DNA of 64,000 nucleotides from Promethearchaeota archaeon (GTDB lineage: Archaea > Asgardarchaeota > Lokiarchaeia > Sigyniarchaeales > SOKP01), in NCBI GenBank assembly GCA_048938855.1, contig JBHLLT010000001.1:64001-128000 (forward strand), read 5' to 3'. The position numbers were made by a program, and so were the translations under genes. Shown piece after piece: positions 20,227-30,694 of this stretch. Numbering within the stretch: position 1 is the stretch's first letter; each line of letters begins with the position of its first letter. Below the pieces are notes generated by a model. It made no database searches. It was given only the letters and a program-made list of their open reading frames with translations, and was not told the origin of the DNA.

Positions 20227-21462
20227 ATGAATCTTAAAGTAAAATTTGAAGGCTATCCAGAAATAACAGAGAATCTCCTTAATGATTCTATTAATATTAT
20301 AAAAAAAAATAACCAGAATTGGGATCCTCCATTTTTCTTTGATACTAAGACATATATTGATATTCTAAAGATTCGAGAAACTGTTGATCAATATATCACT
20401 AATGATCTTAAGAATATTATAGTTTTAGGGACTGGGGGTTCAATTCAAACTCTAATTGCCTTAAAACATTTAGCAAGGAGGAAAATTTTCCCTGTTACTA
20501 GCTCCAGAGCAGTGGAATTAAAAGGATGTCTAGATAAAACATCTCCAGAAAATTCAATTGTAATTCCTATATCAAGGGGAGGAGAAACTCTTGATATTAA
20601 TTCAACTATTGGAACTTTTTTAGAAAAAGGATATAAATTTATAGGTTTATCCTCCATGGGAACCATGTATGAAATCTTAAAAGAAATTGATTGCCCTATT
20701 TTAGATGTCCCTAATCTTTCTGGACGTTATGCAGGATCTGTTACTAATGTAGGAATTGTTCCTGCTTATATGGCAGGTATAAATGTTGAGGAGTTTCTAA
20801 AAGGATTGGAAAATGCCTACAGTGTATTTTCAAAATATGAAAATCAACCAGCTATAAAATTTGCCTCTTTTCTTTACAATCTATATGAAAAAAACTATAA
20901 AATGGTTTTTTCAATGCCTTACTCAAAAAACTTAGAGGGGAGTATTGGATTATGGGTCCAAGGAATTTCAGAAAGCACTGGAAAAGATGAAAAAGGTTTG
21001 ATAGGTACATATCAACCCGCTCCTATTTGTCAACATTCAGTTTTAGAATACTTATTAGGGGGTACTAAAGGTGTCACTATCCCAATTTTGTGGTCAATAT
21101 TAAATGAAAATCCGGATTTCAGTTTAAATTCCTCTATCTCATATGTAGATAGTTTTAGTGCTCAGACGATTGTTAAATATCAAGCAAATGCTACATTTCA
21201 AGCTTTAATTCAAGAAAAAGTACCATCAGCAAAAATTTCAATTGAAGAACCAACAGAAATGAATATTGGACATCTTATTGCATTCATATTATCTTCGATC
21301 TATTATCTTTGTTTATTATTAAATGTAAATTGGGCAAATAACCCAAAAGTAATTATTGGAAAGAAAATCTGTAATGAAGCTCTTAAAGAAAAAAGAACTC
21401 AAGAACAAGGGGAGAATTTAAGAAAAGAAATAGCTAAAGAGAAATTTCGAGGATTTTTTTGA
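20227..21462 (+). CDS. pgi: Glucose-6-phosphate isomerase-like (SIS) protein, divergent
   Basis: GTGGS, ISRGGET, GRY, QGISESTGK and QHS motifs. Confidence 0.7.
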   Translation: MNLKVKFEGYPEITENLLNDSINIIKKNNQNWDPPFFFDTKTYIDILKIRETVDQYITNDLKNIIVLGTGGSIQTLIALKHLARRKIFPVTSSRAVELKGCLDKTSPENSIVIPISRGGETLDINSTIGTFLEKGYKFIGLSSMGTMYEILKEIDCPILDVPNLSGRYAGSVTNVGIVPAYMAGINVEEFLKGLENAYSVFSKYENQPAIKFASFLYNLYEKNYKMVFSMPYSKNLEGSIGLWVQGISESTGKDEKGLIGTYQPAPICQHSVLEYLLGGTKGVTIPILWSILNENPDFSLNSSISYVDSFSAQTIVKYQANATFQALIQEKVPSAKISIEEPTEMNIGHLIAFILSSIYYLCLLLNVNWANNPKVIIGKKICNEALKEKRTQEQGENLRKEIAKEKFRGFF

Positions 21463-21531
21463 TATAATTCCTTAAACTCTGATTAAATTTTAAGTAAAAG
21501 AAAAATAGGAAGATTCACATATTTTCTTAAG

Positions 21532-22794
21532 ATGAAAAAAGTAGAATTATTAGCTCCAGCAAAAAATATTAAAGCAATTAAGGCTGCAATGAAATATGCA
21601 GATTCTGTCTACTTTGGGATTAAAAAGTTTAATATGAGGATGCGATCGGAGAATTTTTCCTTAAATGAATTAAACAATGTCGTAGAATTTTGTCATAAAA
21701 ACGATTTAAAAGTATATTTGACAACAAATATTCTGGTTTACGATAATGAATTGAACTTCCTTCGTGAAATAATAAAAAGAAGTAACGAAGCCGAAGTTGA
21801 TGCTGTAATAGTTCATGATATGGCCGCAATACAAATAGCTAAAGAAATTGATATACCATTTCATATTTCAACTCAATGTAATGTTTCTAATTCTCTATCT
21901 GCAAAATTTTATGAAAACCTTGGTGCTGAACGAATAATTTTAGCAAGGGAATTATCACTGGAAAAAATAAAAGAAATTAAAAGAAATTTAATCAAAACAA
22001 AAGTAGAAACTTTTATTCATGGAGCTATGTGTACTTCTGTTAGTGGCAGATGTTATTTTTCCCAAGATATATGTGGAACAGAGAAAAAGTCTGCCAATCG
22101 AGGTAAATGTGAACAACCTTGTAGGAGGAGGTGGTGGCTTCGTGAAGAAAGTGGAGGAGAATATATATACGATGGAGTAAGGTTCTTGAACTCAAGAGAT
22201 TTATGTACAATTGCATATATTCCAGACTTAATTGAAGCTAATATTGATGCTTTCAAAATTGAAGGACGTATACGTCATCCTCATTATGTCGAAGTTGTTT
22301 CAAAAATATATAGAGAAGCTATTGATGCATATTATGAGGGAACATTTTCGAAAGAAAAAGCAGGAAAATGGGTAACTGAACTGAAAAAAGTTTATAATAG
22401 AGGATTCACATCTGGCTTTTACTTTAAAAGAATGACGGAAGAAGATCATCAACACAAATCACCATCTAATTTATCTCATTATAGATATATTAAAGTAGGG
22501 GCGATAATAGATTATGATCAAGAAACTAATATTAGTACTGTTTCATTAGACAATGGATATCTTTCAAAACATGATGACATTATTATTATGGGGAAAAAAA
22601 CTGATACTTATCTTCATCAATGTGTTGAAAAGATTTGGAACCAAGGTAACCTAGTTAATAAAACTCAACGAGGGACAAGTAACAAGAAAGTAAATATAAA
22701 TTTAGAAGTGAAAGACAATGTTATGGGAAATGGACTTGATAAGGTTTATGTTTTTACTGACAAAACATACCATAAAAAGAAATATTCATTATGA
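21532..22794 (+). CDS. U32 family Fe-S protein (TrhP/RlhA-like RNA hydroxylation)
   Basis: ELLAPA, HISTQ, ARELSL, HGAMC.S.SGRC...NRGKCEQPCR, KIEGR. Confidence 0.88.
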   Translation: MKKVELLAPAKNIKAIKAAMKYADSVYFGIKKFNMRMRSENFSLNELNNVVEFCHKNDLKVYLTTNILVYDNELNFLREIIKRSNEAEVDAVIVHDMAAIQIAKEIDIPFHISTQCNVSNSLSAKFYENLGAERIILARELSLEKIKEIKRNLIKTKVETFIHGAMCTSVSGRCYFSQDICGTEKKSANRGKCEQPCRRRWWLREESGGEYIYDGVRFLNSRDLCTIAYIPDLIEANIDAFKIEGRIRHPHYVEVVSKIYREAIDAYYEGTFSKEKAGKWVTELKKVYNRGFTSGFYFKRMTEEDHQHKSPSNLSHYRYIKVGAIIDYDQETNISTVSLDNGYLSKHDDIIIMGKKTDTYLHQCVEKIWNQGNLVNKTQRGTSNKKVNINLEVKDNVMGNGLDKVYVFTDKTYHKKKYSL

Positions 22795-22842
22795 TTATTT
22801 TATATTATTTCAACTAATTAATAAAAAAATAAGGTATTTAAT

Positions 22843-23760
22843 ATGGAAACAAATAAAAAGAAAATAATAGAGTCTGTTCCTAATTTTAGTGAAGGAAGTG
22901 ATAGTGAAAAAATTGAACAGATTGTATCTAAAATTAGGAATACCCCTAATACGCGTATTGTAGATGTACAGTATGATGCCGATTATAATAGAGCTGTTAT
23001 CACTTTTGTAGGTACTCCTGAGGCCGTTTTAAGAGCAAATATTGATGCTGCTAAGAAAGCCATAGAATTAATTGATATGAATACACATAAAGGTCAGCAT
23101 CCTCGAATTGGAGCTGTTGACGTAGTGCCTTTCGTCCCTGCACAAAATGTAACAATGGATGAATGTATCGATTTATCTAAAAGGTTTGCAGAAGAAATAT
23201 CAAAAGAAGGTATTCCCGTTTATCTTTATGAAGAGTCTGCTCAGAAATTGGAAAGAAAAAATATTGATAATATTCGGAAAGGAGAATACGAGAAACTAAA
23301 AGAATTAATTAAAACTGATCTAGAAAAAAAACCTGATTATGGTCCTTCTGAATTTCATCCAACTGCGGGAGCAATCATAACAGGAGCAAGAAATCCATTA
23401 ATTAGCTTTAATATCAACTTAGGAACAAAAGATGTGAGAATTGCTAGGAAAGTTGCAAAAACTATACACCTTCGTTCTGGTGGATTAGTTAATATTAAAG
23501 CAATGGGTACAGAATTAGCTAATAAAGATTATGTTCAGGTTGGAATCTCTAATATTAATTATAGAAAAACTCCTTTATATAGGCAAATGGAACTTGTAAG
23601 AATGGAAGCAGCTCGCTATGGTGTGTCAATAATTGGTTCAGAGTTAGTTGGTGTCTTACCTTTAGGCGCAGTTCTTAATTCACTGGAATATTATCTACAG
23701 CTAGAAACACCTGATAAACTAGGAGAAGAACATTTATTAGAACATTATTTCGATTTTTAA
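22843..23760 (+). CDS. ftcD: Glutamate formiminotransferase (no cyclodeaminase domain)
   Basis: ESVPNFSEG, HKGQHPRIGAVDVVPF, GAR.PLI.FNINL, SELVG. Confidence 0.92.
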   Translation: METNKKKIIESVPNFSEGSDSEKIEQIVSKIRNTPNTRIVDVQYDADYNRAVITFVGTPEAVLRANIDAAKKAIELIDMNTHKGQHPRIGAVDVVPFVPAQNVTMDECIDLSKRFAEEISKEGIPVYLYEESAQKLERKNIDNIRKGEYEKLKELIKTDLEKKPDYGPSEFHPTAGAIITGARNPLISFNINLGTKDVRIARKVAKTIHLRSGGLVNIKAMGTELANKDYVQVGISNINYRKTPLYRQMELVRMEAARYGVSIIGSELVGVLPLGAVLNSLEYYLQLETPDKLGEEHLLEHYFDF

Positions 23761-23763
23761 GAT

Positions 23764-25080
23764 TTAGGCCGATAATTCATTATCAACAACAATCTTGCCA
23801 TTTTTTATAACTTTTGATAATAGATTTACCCCAAAATGGTAAGGTATGAAATGATGATTTGGTATATTAAAAACTAATAAATCTGCTTTTTTTCCAATTT
23901 CAATGCTTCCAATTTCATCTTGTTTTTGAAGAGCACACGCAGCATTAATTGTTGATGCTGTGAGCGCTTCAGCCGGTGAAAGTTTCATATAATAACATGC
24001 TAAGGCAATAATCATTTGCATTGATTCCGTCCAACAATTTGGATTTAGATCTGTAGCTAAAGCAATAGGTATACCTAATTCTATCATTTTTCTTGCAGGA
24101 GCATATTGGTCTAACATTAAACAAAACGGTGTTGCTGGTAAGAGAGTTGCAATTACTCCTTCTTCAGCCATCGCCTTTAAACCCTCATCATTTGACTTCA
24201 ATAAATGCCCCGTTTGAATTGCTCTCAATTCAGAAGCTAATAAAGCCCCATTTGTATCAACAATCTCATCAATGTGAATCTGGGGTTTTAAACCATATCT
24301 GATTGCTGTTTTTAATATTTTACGAGTTTGTTTTATTGAAAAGATTCCTTTCTCACAAAAAACATCACAAAATACTGCAAGTCCTTCTTTAACAATTCTA
24401 GGAATCATCTCTGAAATGATTAAATCTACATATTTATCAGTTTTGTTTTCATATTCAGGTGGGATTGCATGAGCACCTAAAAATGTAGGAACAATATCAA
24501 TTGGGTGGTCGTCATTTAATATTTGTATTGCTTCTAATTGTTTAATTTCACTTTCAGTTGTTAAACCATATCCAGATTTTGTTTCAATAGTGGTTGTTCC
24601 ATATGACATCATAGTGTTGAGTATTTTCTTTCCATTTTGGACTAATTTTTCAATTGGAGCTTTTCTCGTTTCACGAACGGTCTTTAATATACCTCCTCCT
24701 AATTCTAAAATTTCCATATATGACTTTCCTTCTAGTTTCATATTTAATTCATTTTCTCGTGAACCCTCAAAAATTATATGAGTATGAGGATCAACAAACC
24801 CTGGTGTAACTAATTTATTTGATGCATCTATTTTCGTGAGGATTTTACCAAATTCATATTTTGATTGCAGCTCCTCTGTAGAACCAATAAAAATAATTCT
24901 ATCATCTTTTACTGCTACAGCCCCATCATATATTATAGCTAACTCAGACATTTCTTCCCCTATCCTTGGAGCTCCGTATTTAGTATTCATAGTTACTAAT
25001 TCATTACAGTGAAAAATTACTAAATCTGGCTCAACATTTGAAAATAATTCTTTTTTTGAATAGGTCGATGCTACAAACAT
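23764..25080 (-). CDS. hutI: Imidazolonepropionase
   Basis: PGFVDPHTH, GGGILKTV, KSGYGL, FLGAHA, DVFCE, ATDLNP. Confidence 0.95.
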   Translation of the reverse strand: MFVASTYSKKELFSNVEPDLVIFHCNELVTMNTKYGAPRIGEEMSELAIIYDGAVAVKDDRIIFIGSTEELQSKYEFGKILTKIDASNKLVTPGFVDPHTHIIFEGSRENELNMKLEGKSYMEILELGGGILKTVRETRKAPIEKLVQNGKKILNTMMSYGTTTIETKSGYGLTTESEIKQLEAIQILNDDHPIDIVPTFLGAHAIPPEYENKTDKYVDLIISEMIPRIVKEGLAVFCDVFCEKGIFSIKQTRKILKTAIRYGLKPQIHIDEIVDTNGALLASELRAIQTGHLLKSNDEGLKAMAEEGVIATLLPATPFCLMLDQYAPARKMIELGIPIALATDLNPNCWTESMQMIIALACYYMKLSPAEALTASTINAACALQKQDEIGSIEIGKKADLLVFNIPNHHFIPYHFGVNLLSKVIKNGKIVVDNELSA

Positions 25081-25096
25081 TTTAATCCAACTTGAT

Positions 25097-26617
25097 CTAT
25101 TTATTGAAAATTTCTAATAATTTTTTGCTTCTAATAATACTTAAGGCGGAATTAATAAAATCAGACAAAATCGTATCATTAATTATATACGGAATTTTTT
25201 CTCTCACATATTTATGCACTTTTTCTAATATAATGCTAGATTTTAAGGGTCTCCGAAAATCAAGAGCTTGAGAAGCACATAAAAGTTCAATAGCAAGAAT
25301 TTTTTCAAGATTAGATACGATTCTTAGAGCTTTCCTTGCACTAATTGGAGCCATGCTAACATGATCTTCTTGTCCAGCTCCCGTAGGAATGCTATCAGCA
25401 CTTGAAGGGAAGCAGAGTGATTTATTTTCACTAGTTAAAGCTGCTGATGTATATTGTGCTAGCATAAATCCTGAATTTAAACCGGCTTTCGTTATTAAAT
25501 TTGGTGGCAATCCCCATTTTCCTTCAAGTAGTAGGAAAATACGACGATCTGAAATATTACCTATCTCTGATGCTGCAATACTTATATAATCTAAAGGTAA
25601 GGCAAGAGGTTGTCCATGAAAATTCCCACCACTATAAGTTTCATGTTCATCAAAAACAATAGGGTTATCTGTTACAGAATTAAGTTCACACTCCAATTTT
25701 TCGTTTAAATGTGCTAAAGCATCTCTAGATGCGCCATGAACTTGGGGAATACATCGAATTGAATAAGGATCTTGTACTCGTTTACAATTTTTATGAGATT
25801 CTACTAATTCTGAATTTTCAAGTAATGTTCTCATCCTTTTCGCCACTATTAATGCACCATTATGGGGTCTTAATTTTATAAGTTTCTCAGTGAATGGTTG
25901 AGGTGAAGCTAAATAGCCCTCAATAGTAAGAGCTCCAATAAGGTCAGCGTGATCCAAGCAACTTGAAAATTTATCTACTATTTTAATTGCATGGGCAGAA
26001 ATAAATTGAGTACCATTAATTAATGCTAAACCTTCTTTCGCTTCAAGAGTTATTGGTGTTAATTTTACCTTTTTTAATACTTCATCTGTGGGTAAATAGT
26101 TTTCATTATCATTAGTTACATATCCTAGTCCTATTAAGGGTAAAAAAAGATGGGCTAATGGTGCAAGATCTCCAGAAGCTCCAACTGAACCTTGTTTAGG
26201 AACCAATGGGATATAATTATTGTCTATATGCCAACAAATTCTTTCAACTGTTTTAACAGAAATTCCAGAATATCCCAAACATAATGTGTGAGCTTTTAAA
26301 ATTAACATTAATTTTGAAATTTCAGGTTCTACTGGAGATCCTATTCCGGCACTATGACTTTTAAGAAGATTTTCCTGTAACAATCCAGTCTCTTCCTTTG
26401 AAATTCTAGTAGTGCATAGAGAGCCAAATCCTGTATTTATACTATAAACTAACTTATTTCCCTTAACTATTGACTTTACGGCATCATGATTTTTAGCAAT
26501 CCGTTCTTTAACTTCATTAATGACAATGCCTTTTATGGTTTCCCTAGATATTGCTAATGCCTTTTCAACGGAAAGCTTATCAATACCGTACTTAAATTCC
26601 TTATTCATATAAGTCAA
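25097..26617 (-). CDS. hutH: Histidine ammonia-lyase
   Basis: INTGFG, SVGASGDLAPL (MIO-forming ASG), KEGLALINGTQ, QDPYSIRC, SGGNFHGQP, QEDHVSM. Confidence 0.96.
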   Translation of the reverse strand: MTYMNKEFKYGIDKLSVEKALAISRETIKGIVINEVKERIAKNHDAVKSIVKGNKLVYSINTGFGSLCTTRISKEETGLLQENLLKSHSAGIGSPVEPEISKLMLILKAHTLCLGYSGISVKTVERICWHIDNNYIPLVPKQGSVGASGDLAPLAHLFLPLIGLGYVTNDNENYLPTDEVLKKVKLTPITLEAKEGLALINGTQFISAHAIKIVDKFSSCLDHADLIGALTIEGYLASPQPFTEKLIKLRPHNGALIVAKRMRTLLENSELVESHKNCKRVQDPYSIRCIPQVHGASRDALAHLNEKLECELNSVTDNPIVFDEHETYSGGNFHGQPLALPLDYISIAASEIGNISDRRIFLLLEGKWGLPPNLITKAGLNSGFMLAQYTSAALTSENKSLCFPSSADSIPTGAGQEDHVSMAPISARKALRIVSNLEKILAIELLCASQALDFRRPLKSSIILEKVHKYVREKIPYIINDTILSDFINSALSIIRSKKLLEIFNK

Positions 26618-26699
26618 CTTTTAATTATTTTGATCAGAGACCAAAACAGAAATATTCTTCCAATATGAATTTTTTAAATAATTTAAATCGAATTATTAT

Positions 26700-28721
26700 T
26701 TATTTAATTTTATTTAAATAACTATCAATTATATTGTCTAAAAGCTTATCTTCTGTTAAAAAAGGTAAGGTTATATGCCCTCTTACCTTATTTTCTACAT
26801 TCCAATTATAAGCAGTTTCAAGAGCATTGGTATTTCTAGCCCAACTTCTTCTTGCAATACCTCCCATCACATCCCATTCAATAGCATTCTCAATAATTTT
26901 ATCGACTCTCTCAGATCCATCTAAAACTAAACCAAATCCTCCATTAAAACATTTTCCAATTCCCACACCTCCTCCATTTGAAAGAACCACGTAAGTCATT
27001 CCTCTTACAGCATTTCCAGCAAAACAATGAACTGCCATCTCTGCCATAACATTGCTTCCATCTCGAATATTAGATGTTTCTCTGAAAGGTGAATCTGTTC
27101 CCGAAACATCGTGATGATCTCTTCCTAGCATAATTGGTCCAATTTTCCCTTTTTTTACTAAATCATTAAATTTCAAAGCTATATTAATACGTTCCTTAGC
27201 ATCGGCATATAATATCCGTGCTTTAGTCCCAACTACTAATTTATTTTTTTTAGCATCTCGAATCCAGTGATAATTATCGCGATCTTGAGCTCTCCTTTCG
27301 GGATTAATATAACTCATTGCTGCTTGATCTGTTTTATCTAAGTCTTCTTCCTTCCCCGAAAGACAAACCCATCTAAATGGTCCATAACCATAATCAAAAC
27401 AAATTGGACCCATAATATCTTCAACATAGGATGGAAAAATAAAACCCTCTGAGACATTAACTCCATTTTGTAGTATATCCAAAGATCCTGCATCAAAAAC
27501 TGCTTTCATGAAAGAATTTCCATAATCCCAGAAAAAAGTACCTCTCTTAGTCATTGTATTAATGAGTTTAAACTGCTCTATTAATGATTCATCCACTAAT
27601 TGCTTAAATCTTTCAATGTTAGATTTGATTAATTCTCTACCTTCCTTAAAATTTATTTGATAAGGAGTATAACCACCTTCATAAACCGCATGACAAGATG
27701 TTTGATCTGATGCAAGTTCTACTTTAATATTTTTATCAACGACGTATTTCCATAAATCTACCACGTTTCCACTATATGCTATTGATAATGGTTGCTTTGA
27801 TTTTCTAGCATCATCAACCCATTTAAAAATTTCATCTAAATCTTCCGAAATTCTGGAAACCCATCCTTGTTCATGTCTAGTTTTGATTCTTGACTCATCA
27901 ACCTCAGCTATTACTCCTATTCCACCTGCAATTTCTATAGCTTTAGCTTGTGCACCACTCATGCCGCCCAAACCAGATGAAATATATAAAATGCCTTTTA
28001 AATCTGAATCCTGAGGTAAATTTAAATATAATCTACCAGCATTTAATAGAGTAATATAGGTCCCGTGCACAATACCTTGAGGTCCAATATACATCCAACC
28101 TCCCGCAGTCATTTGACCATAATTGGCTACCCCTAGAGCGGCTGCAATTGAAAAATCATCTGGATTATCGAACATGCCTACCATTAATCCATTGGTTGAA
28201 ATAACTCTAGGAGAATTCTGTAATGTTGGAAAAAGACCAATAGGATGGCCTGATGCTATAATTAAGGTTTGAGTGTCATTCATTACTTCCAAATATTTTT
28301 TAACTAATTGGTACTGCATCCAATTTTGAAAAACTTGTCCACTTTCACCATAAGTTACTAATTCATAAGGATAAAGGGCTACATCGAAATCAAGATTATT
28401 ATCAATCATTACTTGTAATGCTTTTGCCTCTATAATATTTCCAATATATTCATTTATAGATTTAGCTTTAATAGGTCCTTCAGGTCTGTATCTATAACCA
28501 TAGATTCTTCCTCTTGATACTAATTCGTCCATAAATTCAACAGCTAAATTTTCATGTAAAGAAGGAGGAATGTATCTTAAAGCATTTTTTAAAGCTAATT
28601 TTGTTTGATGAGAAGTTAGTATGAATCCTCTCGAAGGAGCTCTTCTTATACCGTCAATGAATTTGGGGTAAGAAGGTAATTTATCTGGTAATTTAATTTT
28701 CATAGCTTTTGAAATTTCCAT
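26700..28721 (-). CDS. hutU: Urocanate hydratase, long (~670 aa) type
   Basis: PYELVTYG, YGQMTAGGWMYIGPQGIVHGT, GLGGMSGAQ, SDQTSCH, GRDHHDVSGTDSPFRET. Confidence 0.96.
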   Translation of the reverse strand: MEISKAMKIKLPDKLPSYPKFIDGIRRAPSRGFILTSHQTKLALKNALRYIPPSLHENLAVEFMDELVSRGRIYGYRYRPEGPIKAKSINEYIGNIIEAKALQVMIDNNLDFDVALYPYELVTYGESGQVFQNWMQYQLVKKYLEVMNDTQTLIIASGHPIGLFPTLQNSPRVISTNGLMVGMFDNPDDFSIAAALGVANYGQMTAGGWMYIGPQGIVHGTYITLLNAGRLYLNLPQDSDLKGILYISSGLGGMSGAQAKAIEIAGGIGVIAEVDESRIKTRHEQGWVSRISEDLDEIFKWVDDARKSKQPLSIAYSGNVVDLWKYVVDKNIKVELASDQTSCHAVYEGGYTPYQINFKEGRELIKSNIERFKQLVDESLIEQFKLINTMTKRGTFFWDYGNSFMKAVFDAGSLDILQNGVNVSEGFIFPSYVEDIMGPICFDYGYGPFRWVCLSGKEEDLDKTDQAAMSYINPERRAQDRDNYHWIRDAKKNKLVVGTKARILYADAKERINIALKFNDLVKKGKIGPIMLGRDHHDVSGTDSPFRETSNIRDGSNVMAEMAVHCFAGNAVRGMTYVVLSNGGGVGIGKCFNGGFGLVLDGSERVDKIIENAIEWDVMGGIARRSWARNTNALETAYNWNVENKVRGHITLPFLTEDKLLDNIIDSYLNKIK

Positions 28722-28805
28722 AGTTCTATCTAACTTCGTCTAATATATAAATAATATGATTTTAAAGATGTTTCTGGTCAAAATTAAATTTCTTAGAAAT
28801 AATAA

Positions 28806-30539
28806 TTATTTTAAAATTTTTATTCCTCTAAGTTCTAATTTATGTAAGAAATCCAAGTAACCCTTAAGATTATTTTTCTCTATATTTAGATATTGAAGTG
28901 AAGGTAAGGTTTCTAGAGATTCCGGAAGATCAGTTAGATAATTTGATCTCAAAAACAAATATTTCAACTTCTTAAGTCTTCCAATTGAAATGGGAAGACT
29001 TGATAACTTATTATTCCCCAGATATAAATATTTCAAAGATTGTAAGGAACCTATTGTTTCTGGTATCTCTTCTAATTCATTATAATATAAATATAAATGT
29101 TTAAGTGAGGTTAGAGATCCTAATGTCTCTGGAACAGCGATTAAATGATTTTTACCTAAATCTAATACCTCTAAAGTTGTAAGAAAGCCGAGGGATTTAG
29201 GAATTGAAATTAATTTATTAAATCCAAGGATGAGGGTTTTTATTTGGGGAAGAGCTCCAATTGATGGAGGAATATTTTCTAATTTATTAGTAGAAATATC
29301 TAATTCAATCAAGGATTCTAGTGTCCCTATTGACTCTGGTACTTTTGTTATTTCATTTTTACTCAGATCTAATATTTCTAACGATAATAGATTGCCAATA
29401 GATTGAGGTAAATATTCAATTTTATTATCATATAAATTTAATTCACGAAGAGATTTTAGGTGTCCAATTGATTCAGGTAATTCTATGATATTATTGGTAT
29501 CAAGTTCTAAAGTCTGAAGATTCTTCAACTTACCTATAGTTTCTGGAATAAGCATTAAATCATTCCGAGCACCTCTTAATATCATAAGTAATGATAATTC
29601 TCCTATCGAATCTGGCAGGTTTTCTATATTATTATCTGTAATTTCAAAACGTAATAAAGAATTAAGAGATCCTATTGAATTTGGTATCTCTTTTAATTTA
29701 TTAGATGAGGCACTTATATTTTCCAATAGGGAAAGCGATCCAATACTTTCAGGAAGAGAAGTTAATTCATTTGAAGATAAACCTAAATATTTTAGATTTT
29801 TTAATTGACCAATTGAGTCTGGTAATTGAGAAAGATTATTTCCTTTTAAAAATAAAGATGTTAAAGAAGTCAAATCACCAATTAGCTCAGGAAGTATTGT
29901 TATTTTATTATTCCTTAGATTTAACTTCTTCAATGAGTTTAATTCACATATAGCATCGGGAAGACTATTTAATTTGTTATTTCCAAGGAAAAATATTTCT
30001 AATGACTTTAATCCACCAATAGAATCAGGTAATAGCTCAATTTTATTACGACTGAGATCTAATGTTTTGAGTCTTTGCATTTCTCCAATCGATTTTGGAA
30101 TGCTCTTTAATTTATTTTCACTTAAATCAAGAATTTCCAAAGATTTTAATGATCCAATAGTTTCGGGTAAAATATTTAATTTATTTGATTCTAAATGGAG
30201 TTCCTTAAGAGAAGAAAGTAAATTTATAGATGTGGGTAGATGTGTTAAATGATTTTCGCTTAAATCTAAGATTTCTAGTCTTGGAAGAGAAAATAGTTGT
30301 TCAGTAATGGTAGCTAAATTATTCCCTCGGGCGAAAATCTTCCTCAGTGAAGTAAATAACGCTATTTCTCTAGGAATTTCCGATAATCCACAAGAAAAAA
30401 GATTTAATCCTGAAATATGATCATCTTCTACATAATATCCAAGTGAGTATCTCTCGAGCTGAGGAATTTCAGATATTGGTTCTCCTATTTGGTTTTTTAA
30501 TATCTCTAATGCTTCTAATTCTTTTTCTGTAATTGTCAT
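28806..30539 (-). CDS. Leucine-rich repeat protein (~23 repeats of 23 aa)
   Basis: Repeated LxxLxLxxNxLxxLPxSIGxL over nearly the whole length; no signal peptide. Confidence 0.93.
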   Translation of the reverse strand: MTITEKELEALEILKNQIGEPISEIPQLERYSLGYYVEDDHISGLNLFSCGLSEIPREIALFTSLRKIFARGNNLATITEQLFSLPRLEILDLSENHLTHLPTSINLLSSLKELHLESNKLNILPETIGSLKSLEILDLSENKLKSIPKSIGEMQRLKTLDLSRNKIELLPDSIGGLKSLEIFFLGNNKLNSLPDAICELNSLKKLNLRNNKITILPELIGDLTSLTSLFLKGNNLSQLPDSIGQLKNLKYLGLSSNELTSLPESIGSLSLLENISASSNKLKEIPNSIGSLNSLLRFEITDNNIENLPDSIGELSLLMILRGARNDLMLIPETIGKLKNLQTLELDTNNIIELPESIGHLKSLRELNLYDNKIEYLPQSIGNLLSLEILDLSKNEITKVPESIGTLESLIELDISTNKLENIPPSIGALPQIKTLILGFNKLISIPKSLGFLTTLEVLDLGKNHLIAVPETLGSLTSLKHLYLYYNELEEIPETIGSLQSLKYLYLGNNKLSSLPISIGRLKKLKYLFLRSNYLTDLPESLETLPSLQYLNIEKNNLKGYLDFLHKLELRGIKILK

Positions 30540-30694
30540 TTTTGAAGTATTAGTTCTAATATCCTTCTAGAAATATTATATATTATTCTTTAAAAAATAA
30601 TATAATCTGGTGATATTAATGCTTATTGCATTAGAATTTAGATCAAATAAAAAATAAATATAGAAATTGAAATCAAATTGGCTTAAAATGCAAT

